This document shows positions 36,717 to 44,401 of a DNA stretch of 64,000 bases, piece after piece. A program made the position numbers and the translations under genes. Source of the stretch: an uncultured Ignavibacteria bacterium (lineage in GTDB: Bacteria; Zixibacteria; MSB-5A5; CAIYYT01); the NCBI GenBank assembly GCA_964520555.1, contig CAZFNN010000013.1:41233-105232 (forward strand), in the 5' to 3' direction. Under the pieces are notes generated by a model. The model had not been told where the DNA came from. It did not search any database and saw only the letters and a program-made list of their open reading frames with translations. The number at the start of each line of letters is the position of its first letter. Position 1 is the first letter of the stretch.

Positions 36717-38114
36717 ATGATGGAACATTTTGCCGAGCCCTACCGCATCAAGGTTGTTGAGCCGATCAATTTGATCTCCCGCGAAGAACGCGAACAGCGC
36801 ATCCGCGAAGCCCATTTCAACATCTTCAACCTCAAGTCGCGCCACGTCTTCGTCGATCTGCTCACCGACTCCGGCACCAGCGCCATGAGCGACAACCAGT
36901 GGGCTGGCATGATGCTCGGCGATGAGGCCTACGCTCAGTGCCGCAACTACGAGAATTTCGAGGAGGCGCTCCGCGACATCTTCGGCTTCAAACACTTCAT
37001 TCCCGTCCATCAGGGTCGTGTCGCCGAAAACTTGCTCTTCTCCACGATTGTTAAGCCCGGCGACTTCATCATCAACAACACCCATTTCGACACTACTCGC
37101 GCCAACACGATGCACAAGGGCGGTATCCCGGTCGACATCCCCTGCAAGGAAGCCCGCGATCCGCACTCGCAATTTCCGTTTAAAGGCAATATGGATGTCG
37201 CCCGCCTCGAGGATTTCATCCGCGAGAAGGGCGCCGCTAAAATTCCGGCCTGCTTCATTACGTTGACCAACAATTCCGCCGGTGGCCAGCCGGTCTCGCT
37301 CGAGAACATCAAGGCCGTGCATTCAGTACTGCAAAAATTCGGCGTGCCGCTCTATTTCGACTGCGCCCGCTTTGCTGAAAATGCCTACTTCATCAAGACC
37401 CGCGAGCAAGGCTACGCGAACAAGTCGATCAAAGAGATCGCCCGCGAAATCTTCTCCTACGCCGACGGCGCGCTGATGTCCGCCAAGAAGGACGGCCTCG
37501 TCAACATGGGCGGCTTCCTCGGCGTCAACGACTCCGAACTCGAGCAGAAGCTGACCAATCTCATGATCCTGATCGAGGGCTTCCGCACCTACGGCGGCCT
37601 GGCTGGACGCGACCTCGAAGCTATCGCGCGCGGTATCTACGAGGCGCTCGACGAACGCTACCTCGAGTTCCGCACCAAACAGGTCAAATTCCTCGGCGAC
37701 GAATTGATGAAACGCGGAGTGCCGATCATTGAGCCCGCCGGCGGTCATGCCATCTTTATCAACGCCGGCGAATACCTGCCGCACATCGAGCCGAAGGATT
37801 TCCCCGGTCAATCCCTCGTCGTCGCGCTGTATCGCGAGGGCGGCATCCGCGCCTGCGAAATCGGCTCGATCATGTTTGAGTCCAAGGACCCGATCACCGG
37901 CAAACAGGAATACGCGCCGTACGAACTGGTGCGCCTCGCCGTCCCGCGCCGCGTCTACACCAATGCGCACCTGATGCACGTTGCCGTGACGCTGGAGAAG
38001 ATCAACAGTTACAAGGATAAGCTGGTCGGCTTCGAATTCGAGTACGAAGCCCAATATCTTCGCCACTTCACTATGAAACTGCGCGAGAAAATCCCCGTCA
38101 AAGCAAACGTGTAG
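36717..38114 (+). CDS. tryptophanase / tyrosine phenol-lyase family (beta-eliminating lyase)
   Basis: 465 aa. Motifs EPYRIKVVEP and DLLTDSGTSAMS, with the PLP-lysine context SAKKDGLVNMGG. I cannot separate TnaA from TPL by eye. Confidence 0.9.
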   Translation: MMEHFAEPYRIKVVEPINLISREEREQRIREAHFNIFNLKSRHVFVDLLTDSGTSAMSDNQWAGMMLGDEAYAQCRNYENFEEALRDIFGFKHFIPVHQGRVAENLLFSTIVKPGDFIINNTHFDTTRANTMHKGGIPVDIPCKEARDPHSQFPFKGNMDVARLEDFIREKGAAKIPACFITLTNNSAGGQPVSLENIKAVHSVLQKFGVPLYFDCARFAENAYFIKTREQGYANKSIKEIAREIFSYADGALMSAKKDGLVNMGGFLGVNDSELEQKLTNLMILIEGFRTYGGLAGRDLEAIARGIYEALDERYLEFRTKQVKFLGDELMKRGVPIIEPAGGHAIFINAGEYLPHIEPKDFPGQSLVVALYREGGIRACEIGSIMFESKDPITGKQEYAPYELVRLAVPRRVYTNAHLMHVAVTLEKINSYKDKLVGFEFEYEAQYLRHFTMKLREKIPVKANV

Positions 38115-38420
38115 GTCACGCTCCCCGCGATCCTGACTAGACGCTGTCTGCGATAATCCCTGTGGTGCCGACTTCAGTCGGCTCACTTCCGCGTCGTCAG
38201 GAATCCTTTCCTGACGAAATCTCGCCAACCACTCGCCGTCTCGTAGGTCGAAACCCCTTTTGGCAGATCCTCAGAATCGGTGACGCAATATGCGGGGTTT
38301 CGACAATCTGCTGGTCGGCCACGCTCCCCGTGATCTTAGCGCGTCCCTTGGCTTTCGTCTCAGACGGAAATGGCGTCTTCCCCTCTCCCTCTGGGAGAGG
38401 GGCAGGGGTGAGGGTCGTTT
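38111..38420. repeat. intergenic hairpin-repeat mosaic
   Basis: Elements present:
- GTAGGTCACGCTCCCCGCGATCCTGAC at 38111-38137
- CCTGTGGTGCCGACTTCAGTCGGCTC at 38158-38184
- TCGTCAGGAATCCTTTCCTGACGA at 38194-38217
- GTCGAAACCCC/GGGGTTTCGAC inverted repeat near 38249-38303
- CCCCTCTCCCTCTGGGAGAGGGGCAGGGGTGAGGGT at 38380-38415. Confidence 0.9.
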
Positions 38421-38421
38421 C

Positions 38422-38985
38422 CTACCGCACTACCTTCACATCCCCCAAACCCACCTTTGCGAATACCCGAATCTTGACATCGGCGCCATCGTAATTGGCA
38501 TCCTTATGATCCAGACTCGCGCCGAATCCGTCGCGCTTGTTCGTAAAGATCTCCACGTCGCCGATCCCCGAATTGCACGTCGCCATCAGCGGAATTCCCG
38601 CTGGGATAATCACGTGAATGTCACCAATCCCCAGACTACACTCGACTTTGTTCTCGCCCGTCGCCAGCGTTGTCTGGGTCAGGTCCAAATTGATCTCGCC
38701 GATCCCCTCCTCGATGCGCAACCCCGCCGAGTCAATCGCGCTCGGCCGCAGATTCACATCGCCGAAGGTCTTCTTGAACTGCCGCCCGTCAAACTTCGCG
38801 TAGTCGAACACGTGCTGTCTCTCCGGACGAATCCTTTCGACCAACATCCACCCGCCCAGCACGATCAATACCACCGGCCAATAGGTGCTGACTGCATCGC
38901 CCAGGTCAAATTCGAACCAGCGCATGTTGTCTGCCAGAAACAAGACGCCGATCAGCAGCAATAGGAATCCCCAGAACATTCGCAT
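38422..38985 (-). CDS. LiaF-like membrane protein (DUF2154-type C-terminal domain)
   Basis: 187 aa. Two N-terminal TM helices, then repeated GIGDIxV / GLGDVKV beta-strand motifs as in the LiaF C-terminal domain. Confidence 0.55.
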   Translation of the reverse strand: MRMFWGFLLLLIGVLFLADNMRWFEFDLGDAVSTYWPVVLIVLGGWMLVERIRPERQHVFDYAKFDGRQFKKTFGDVNLRPSAIDSAGLRIEEGIGEINLDLTQTTLATGENKVECSLGIGDIHVIIPAGIPLMATCNSGIGDVEIFTNKRDGFGASLDHKDANYDGADVKIRVFAKVGLGDVKVVR

Positions 38986-39109
38986 TATACCTCCAATTCA
39001 ACTACGACCGTCGAATTTCGTAAGTTGCCTTTGGATCAATTCGTTCGATTCAAGTCAAACCCACGAAAGGGAATAAGGCCCACCGCCCCGGCCGGCACAA
39101 GGAAATTCC

Positions 39110-39138
39110 TTGACTCTCCCCGTGCGCCCCGATAGCTT
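39110..39138 (+). promoter_or_regulatory. putative promoter of argF
   Basis: TTGACT (39110-39115), 17-nt spacer, TAGCTT (39133-39138). AAGGAG SD at 39164-39169. Confidence 0.3.
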
Positions 39139-39176
39139 CACCGCGGTTTGATTTTGTACTATTAAGGAGCTATCCG

Positions 39177-40097
39177 ATGAAAAGAGACTTTCTTGCCGAA
39201 ACCGACTTCACTACTGCCGAAATTAAGCGGATTTTCGAACTTTGCGCCCAGATGAAGAGCGGTGAGATCGCCCCCAAACCGTTGGCGGGCAAGACCGTCG
39301 GCTGCATTTTCCATAAAGCCTCATTACGCACCCGCATCTCCTTCGAGGTCGGCATCAGCGAACTCGGCGGCTCCTCCCTCTATATTACCGAAAAAGAAAT
39401 CGAACTCGGCAAGCGCGAGTCGATTTACGATGCCGCCAAGGTGCTCTCCCGCTACCTCGGCATGATCACAATCCGCACTTTCGCCCACAGCGACGTCGAG
39501 CAACTGGCGCAGCATGCGTCGATTCCCGTTATCAACGCCTTGACCGATTTGCTCCATCCCTGCCAGATTTTTGGCGATGCCTTTACTATTATAGAGAAGA
39601 AACAAAAGCTCGAGGGGCTCAAGATCGTCTACCTGGGGGATGGCAACAACATCGCCAACTCCTGGATCAACCTCACCCGCCGCTTTAACTTCCATTTTGT
39701 GGTCGGAACCAACCCTAACACCATGCCGGACGAGAATTTGCTCAAGGCCGCCCGGGCCGATAACCTCGGCAAGGTGGAGGTAGTGTACGATCCTAAAGTC
39801 GCCGCCCGCGATGCCGATGTAGTCTATACGGATGTGTGGGCGAGCATGGGCCAGAAGCATCTGGCGGAAGAAAAAGCGGCGCTACTCAAAGACTTTCAGG
39901 TTAACGACGCGTTGATGAAACTCGCCAAGCCCGATTGTCTCGTGATGCACTGTCTGCCCGCTCTGCGCTACGCCGAGATCACTGACTCGGTGATGGACGG
40001 CCCTAACTCGGTTGTTTTCGATCAGGCCGAAAACCGACTCCACATCCAGAAAGCAATCATGCTTGTGTTGATGGATGACAAACGACTGAAGAACTGA
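39177..40097 (+). CDS. argF: ornithine carbamoyltransferase
   Basis: 306 aa. Motifs SLRTRISFE, HPCQ, TDVWASMGQ and HCLPA. Confidence 0.88.
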   Translation: MKRDFLAETDFTTAEIKRIFELCAQMKSGEIAPKPLAGKTVGCIFHKASLRTRISFEVGISELGGSSLYITEKEIELGKRESIYDAAKVLSRYLGMITIRTFAHSDVEQLAQHASIPVINALTDLLHPCQIFGDAFTIIEKKQKLEGLKIVYLGDGNNIANSWINLTRRFNFHFVVGTNPNTMPDENLLKAARADNLGKVEVVYDPKVAARDADVVYTDVWASMGQKHLAEEKAALLKDFQVNDALMKLAKPDCLVMHCLPALRYAEITDSVMDGPNSVVFDQAENRLHIQKAIMLVLMDDKRLKN

Positions 40098-40118
40098 TTC
40101 TTCACAAAGGAGTCACAC

Positions 40119-40937
40119 ATGTTGCGCCAAAGTCTGGCCGTCGGACTGTTTCTGGTCCTGGCCGCGACCCTCACGTTCGTCGGTTGTTCCGATGACAACC
40201 CGACCAACTCCACCGTCGGCGATCCCAACGCGCCTGCCTTTCAGCCGATGAAAGCCGCGATCGCGCAGGCCGTCGATTCCACCCTCGCGATGTCGCTCAA
40301 GTTCGCTTACAAGCCGAATCGCTACCCGTCCGACATCGACTGGGAATGGCCGGCCCTCGGTCCGAACGACTCGCTGCTGTACAATTACGTTGGTGATTGG
40401 CACGTCCTCTATCTCGGTCTCAGCACCGCGCTCGACTACAGCTACGTCTATGTCGACTCGGCCCGGTTCTGGGAAGGCACCACCGCCGTCCAGTATTTCC
40501 GTTCGCCGTATATCACCGGCCTCGACCTGATCCGGCATCAAACCTATACCTACACCGGCAGCGGGGACGACTACACCAATATCGCCAGCTACCTTGACTT
40601 GAGCTTCCGCGACTTGCAGGACCCGACGCGCTACTTCTATGGCGATGCCCAGGTGACCATCGACGATTACTACGTCGAAGGCGGCAGCCAGAAGACTGCG
40701 CGGTACGAATTCACCGCCAACGCCGACGACATCACTTACACTGTCGATTATGCCAATCCCTGGTACGACTCGTATCCGACCGGCGGTACGTTGACCCTCA
40801 CCGCCGCCGTCAATCGTGACGATGTCGACGTCGAGTGGGATATCACCATCGAATTTCAATCGAACGGCACGGCGCAGGTGAGTGCCACCGACGGCCACCT
40901 GACGTACTCGTACACCTTTACGCCCGAGTACAACTAA
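40119..40937 (+). CDS. lipoprotein, function unknown
   Basis: 272 aa with lipobox TFVGC. Tyr/Thr/Asp-rich beta-type composition. No family recognised. Confidence 0.55.
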   Translation: MLRQSLAVGLFLVLAATLTFVGCSDDNPTNSTVGDPNAPAFQPMKAAIAQAVDSTLAMSLKFAYKPNRYPSDIDWEWPALGPNDSLLYNYVGDWHVLYLGLSTALDYSYVYVDSARFWEGTTAVQYFRSPYITGLDLIRHQTYTYTGSGDDYTNIASYLDLSFRDLQDPTRYFYGDAQVTIDDYYVEGGSQKTARYEFTANADDITYTVDYANPWYDSYPTGGTLTLTAAVNRDDVDVEWDITIEFQSNGTAQVSATDGHLTYSYTFTPEYN

Positions 40938-40939
40938 GC

Positions 40940-41330
40940 CGTCCGACCATCGGGCCGCCCGCCTTCCGGGCCGTCCCTCCACCACAACTCTTCCGGGGTG
41001 TGCCGCTTCCGCCGCACACCCCGTTCTGTTTCTCATCTCCGACCTCGATCGCGGCGAAGCAGTCCCCTCCCAAGCTTCTTGTCTTTCGATCGTTGCGGCA
41101 GGTCTTGATCCCGCGCGTTCCTGCAACCGCGATAATGTCCTCACCTTCCCGCGCGGGATTGTGACCTGCCGCTGTTTCCGAGTGTCCAACAGCCCTATCG
41201 TTTCTGCTGCAGGTGCCCCACCGCTTGCGGTGGGTTCTGCATCGTGCCAGGACGTCTCCCACACCGTAGTGAGCAATCTCCTCTCTCCTCTTGGGAGACA
41301 GGCCGGGGGTGAAGGCCTGTGCGGCCCCTC
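40940..41330. repeat. intergenic hairpin-repeat mosaic
   Basis: GTTGCGGCAGGTCTTGATCCCGCGCG at 41092-41117. ATTGTGACCTGCCGC near 41158. GGTGCCCCACCGCTTGCGGTGGGT at 41212-41235. Degenerate CTCCTCTTGGGAGACAGGCCGGGGGTGAAGGC near 41285-41316. Confidence 0.9.
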
Positions 41331-41369
41331 CCCCTTGACCCATCCGCCAATCCTTCCTATACTCTCCCA

Positions 41370-41807
41370 ATGGAAAAAGAAGTCGTCCGCTACAACGGCT
41401 GCTTCGTCTGCGGCCCCAACAACCCGATCGGCCTCAACCTGAAATTCCTCTTCGACGGCACCGTCTGCCGCACCGAATTCCACCCCGATGATCGCCACGA
41501 GGGCTACAAGGGCATTCTCCACGGCGGCATCCTTGCCGCTATTCTCGACGAGGTCATGATCAAGGCGGCGCTCGCGCTTGATGTCCTCTGCGTGACCGCC
41601 TCGATGGAGGTTCGTTTCAAAGCCCCCGCCGATATTCGTTCGACCTATTCCTTCACCGGCCAGATTCTCAGCCATCGTGGCCGGGTGATCGAGACAGAGG
41701 GAAAGGCGTTCGATCAAGACGGCACCCTCGTCGCCGAGGCCACCGGCAAGTACATGACCGTCTCTCCGCAGATGAAAGAACGCCTCCGCCAGTCGCTCGA
41801 TTCCTGA
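41370..41807 (+). CDS. PaaI/4HBT-type hotdog-fold thioesterase
   Basis: 145 aa from ATG 41370. Motifs CFVCGPNNPIGL and GILHGGILAAILDEV. Confidence 0.75.
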   Translation: MEKEVVRYNGCFVCGPNNPIGLNLKFLFDGTVCRTEFHPDDRHEGYKGILHGGILAAILDEVMIKAALALDVLCVTASMEVRFKAPADIRSTYSFTGQILSHRGRVIETEGKAFDQDGTLVAEATGKYMTVSPQMKERLRQSLDS

Positions 41808-42007
41808 GGCCGGGCTATGCAGCCGCCTTCGTCTTAAGCGCAATCCGCTTCATTTGCGCCCGGATTTCCTCGACCGCGTCAACCCCCTTGTCGCTCCCCC
41901 ATACCAAATCCGGTCAATGATAACACCTTAACCGGAATCGCGATTGCGCCCCATCCGCCCGCACAACGGCACGATCCTTGCAAAAGACTCCTTCCGAGGA
42001 GACTTTT

Positions 42008-42493
42008 ATGAACTGCTACTTCTACGGCTCGAACCTGCATCCCGAAAAACTCGTGCGCCAGAAGGGCATCATTTCCTTCGCGATCCCCGACTACGGCGTC
42101 ATGTTCCGCGCCCAGTACGAGGGCAACCGCTACGAATGTGAGTACCAGGCCGGCATCGCCCTGATTCGCTTCCTCCAACTAAATCAGGCGCACTTTGCCG
42201 GCAAAGGCGTCAAGCTCCTCACCGACTCGCCGATCGTCGTTTACCAGGTGAACAACAAGCTTTCCGCCGCCGGCAACCTCGAACGCCTGCGCGATATCAT
42301 CATGTACTACAAGCGCCGCCTCGGTTTCGAGCTGAAATGGATTCCCACCAAGATGAATCGCGCCGAAATGGGGCTCGACGATCTGGCCGTTAGTCAGAAT
42401 ACGCCCAAGTTCAATTACGACATCTTCGATGAAAGCACCCGGCGTCGCGAGGCCGCCCAACCCGGAAGCCGCCAGAACTCCAAAATCGTCTGA
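42008..42493 (+). CDS. hypothetical protein, possibly degenerate RNase H-like fold
   Basis: 161 aa from ATG 42008, after GAGGAG. The segment KLLTDSPIVVYQV...LKWIPTKMNRAEMGLDDLA resembles RNase HI/RVT_3-type domains, but the first acidic residue context is FYGSN rather than DG. Confidence 0.4.
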   Translation: MNCYFYGSNLHPEKLVRQKGIISFAIPDYGVMFRAQYEGNRYECEYQAGIALIRFLQLNQAHFAGKGVKLLTDSPIVVYQVNNKLSAAGNLERLRDIIMYYKRRLGFELKWIPTKMNRAEMGLDDLAVSQNTPKFNYDIFDESTRRREAAQPGSRQNSKIV

Positions 42494-42613
42494 TTTGACG
42501 CGCCCATCCCAACCGATTTTTCGCTTTCAGATTCATCGAAATCGCCGGCTCAAGCGTACAAACCAACAAGAAAACTTGCCGATGATGATAGCATTATGTA
42601 CATACCGCGCACT

Positions 42614-43717
42614 ATGAAGGCCACTGTTACCTCTGCTGCATTAGTGATGCTATTGCTGGCCGTCGCCTCCCTCAAGGCCGAGCAATACCAAGTCGCACCG
42701 GAGCTGATCGACACGGTCGATCTCACCGAACATCGCCGTACCTGGGGCGCACCCGACGGCGCCTTTTTCATTCTCAAGAAATCGGGTGCCGAACTGCGCC
42801 AATATCCCGATGTCAACGTGCGCGCCCTCAATCCGCGCGCCAATCAGAAGCTAATCTCGTCCGAACGCGGCAAATACTACGCTTTGCTCGGCTATGCGAA
42901 TTTTTCTCCGAGCGATCTCAAGATTCAATCCATCGCGCTCTACGGCGCCTCCGGTGAGCAGATCTGGAGCATCAAAGATCCCGGCTGTAATTCCTTTATC
43001 CTCTGTGACGGCGCTCCGGTGGCGGTGGGTGTTTCTGGTGCCGAGGGTTTGGCCGAATCGCGGCTGCAATTCTATGGATCCACCGGCGAACTGCGCGGCT
43101 CCACTCGCGTACAGAATTTCTATGCCGGTCAATGGTGCGCCGACGGCGAATGGTTTTTCGCCATCACCGGCGGCCAGTTGATGCGTTTTGCCCCCAACGG
43201 CCAGGATGTCACCATGATCGGTCTCGCCGCCAAGTATTTCGTCGAAGCGCGCGGCACCGTCGTCGCAGCCCAGACTGATTCCTTGCTGGCCTTTGTCCTG
43301 CCCGGTTCAACCTTTGCCTTGCCGCTTAGAGTCGCCGACCTGCGCGAAGTCCGCTTCTCCGCCGACGGCTCCCGCGCCGCGATTCTGACGAGAACTGATC
43401 TGGAAATCCTTGATTTGAGCACTCGTGAGACGGTGGGGAAGATGTCGCTGGCAAATTCGCCCTTTCAATTCTTTCATCTCGACGCCGACGCCAACTTCAA
43501 CTTCTTCGTTTGCGGCGTCAACAACTCCGCCGACCTGCCCGACCGCCGTAACACCGTCGGCAAGGTGCTGCTGCTCAACGCCTCCGCCGTCCAGCTCTGG
43601 GAAGAATCCTTCGGCTATGAAGACTGGTCGGTACGCTTTCCCGACGTCCGCCTTGATGGCGAACGCCGCATCTTCTCCGTTCTCACCGCCCACGACTTGT
43701 TCGTCTACCACTACTGA
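42614..43717 (+). CDS. secreted hypothetical protein (beta-rich)
   Basis: Signal peptide MKATVTSAALVMLLLAVASLKA. About 345 aa of beta-strand-type composition. No family recognised. Confidence 0.5.
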   Translation: MKATVTSAALVMLLLAVASLKAEQYQVAPELIDTVDLTEHRRTWGAPDGAFFILKKSGAELRQYPDVNVRALNPRANQKLISSERGKYYALLGYANFSPSDLKIQSIALYGASGEQIWSIKDPGCNSFILCDGAPVAVGVSGAEGLAESRLQFYGSTGELRGSTRVQNFYAGQWCADGEWFFAITGGQLMRFAPNGQDVTMIGLAAKYFVEARGTVVAAQTDSLLAFVLPGSTFALPLRVADLREVRFSADGSRAAILTRTDLEILDLSTRETVGKMSLANSPFQFFHLDADANFNFFVCGVNNSADLPDRRNTVGKVLLLNASAVQLWEESFGYEDWSVRFPDVRLDGERRIFSVLTAHDLFVYHY

Positions 43718-43719
43718 GC

Positions 43720-43960
43720 CCCGTTGTGGTGACGATATCGCTATTGACTCCCCACTGTGGTTTCGATACCGCTACTGACTTCCACCTTGTGGTCCCGACA
43801 CCTTTGCTGACCGAACCGTCGCTCTTGTGGTTTAGATACCGCCACTGACCGAACCCCTGCTCCTGTAGCTCCGACTTCAGTCGGAGACCCGTCTCACAGC
43901 TCCGGTGCCCCACCGCTTGCGGTGGGTTCTCGCGCAGAGGATTGCGGTGGGTCTACCCAC
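43720..43960. repeat. tandem about 30-bp repeats plus hairpin repeats
   Basis: Four tandem units of type TTGTGGT-N3-GATA(T/C)CGC(T/C)A(T/C)TGAC between 43720 and 43850. These are followed by CCTGTAGCTCCGACTTCAGTCGGAG at 43863-43887, GGTGCCCCACCGCTTGCGGTGGGT at 43904-43927, and a partial GCGGTGGGT near 43944-43952. Confidence 0.85.
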
Positions 43961-43983
43961 GAAGATTTGCGCTGGGTTACCGC

Positions 43984-44017
43984 AAACAAAAAGGGCGGTC
44001 CCGATCGGGAACCGCCC
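43984..44017 (-). terminator. rho-independent terminator of rpsT
   Basis: On the minus strand, GGGCGGTTCCC-GATC-GGGACCGCCC is followed by TTTTTGTTT. Lies 24 nt after the stop. Confidence 0.8.
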
Positions 44018-44040
44018 TCAGCTTGATGCGCGCCGAAAAA

Positions 44041-44301
44041 CTACTTCGGCTGCGCTTTTTTGTTGAGCATTTTCGCCAAACGGCTTTTCTTGCGGGACGC
44101 GGTGTTCTTGTGCATGACATTGCGCTTAACCGCTTTGTCGAGCAGGGAAGTCAACTCCGAATACGACTCGGCGTTCGCGCCCGGCCCCTGCTTCACGGCC
44201 TTGACGGCCGACCGCAGTTCCGATTTCACCGCGCGGTTACGCTCGCGCGCCACTAATGATTGCTTGTGCCGTTTAACGGCGGACTTATGACGTTTAGCCA
44301 A
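44041..44301 (-). CDS. rpsT: 30S ribosomal protein S20
   Basis: 86 aa, basic. (M)AKRHKSAVKRHKQSLVARERNRAVKS is typical of bS20. TTG start with GGAGG 9 nt upstream. Confidence 0.95.
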   Translation of the reverse strand: MAKRHKSAVKRHKQSLVARERNRAVKSELRSAVKAVKQGPGANAESYSELTSLLDKAVKRNVMHKNTASRKKSRLAKMLNKKAQPK

Positions 44302-44340
44302 TTCTCTGTTCCTCCAGGGTCCTTAACATCAAAGCCTGAT

Positions 44341-44368
44341 AATATAGGCTTCCGGCGATTCTTGTCAA
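44341..44368 (-). promoter_or_regulatory. sigma70-type promoter of rpsT
   Basis: On the minus strand: TTGACA (44368-44363), 16-nt spacer, TATATT (44346-44341). Confidence 0.6.
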
Positions 44369-44401
44369 TTGGAAACTAACGCCTCCGAAAAAGGCAGCCT
44401 G

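Noticed and set aside
40113-41843. 576-aa minus-strand ORF spanning the lipoprotein gene, a repeat-filled spacer and the thioesterase gene.
   Set aside because: It runs antisense to two well-supported genes and straight through hairpin repeats. Its composition is low-complexity (G/R/V/A).
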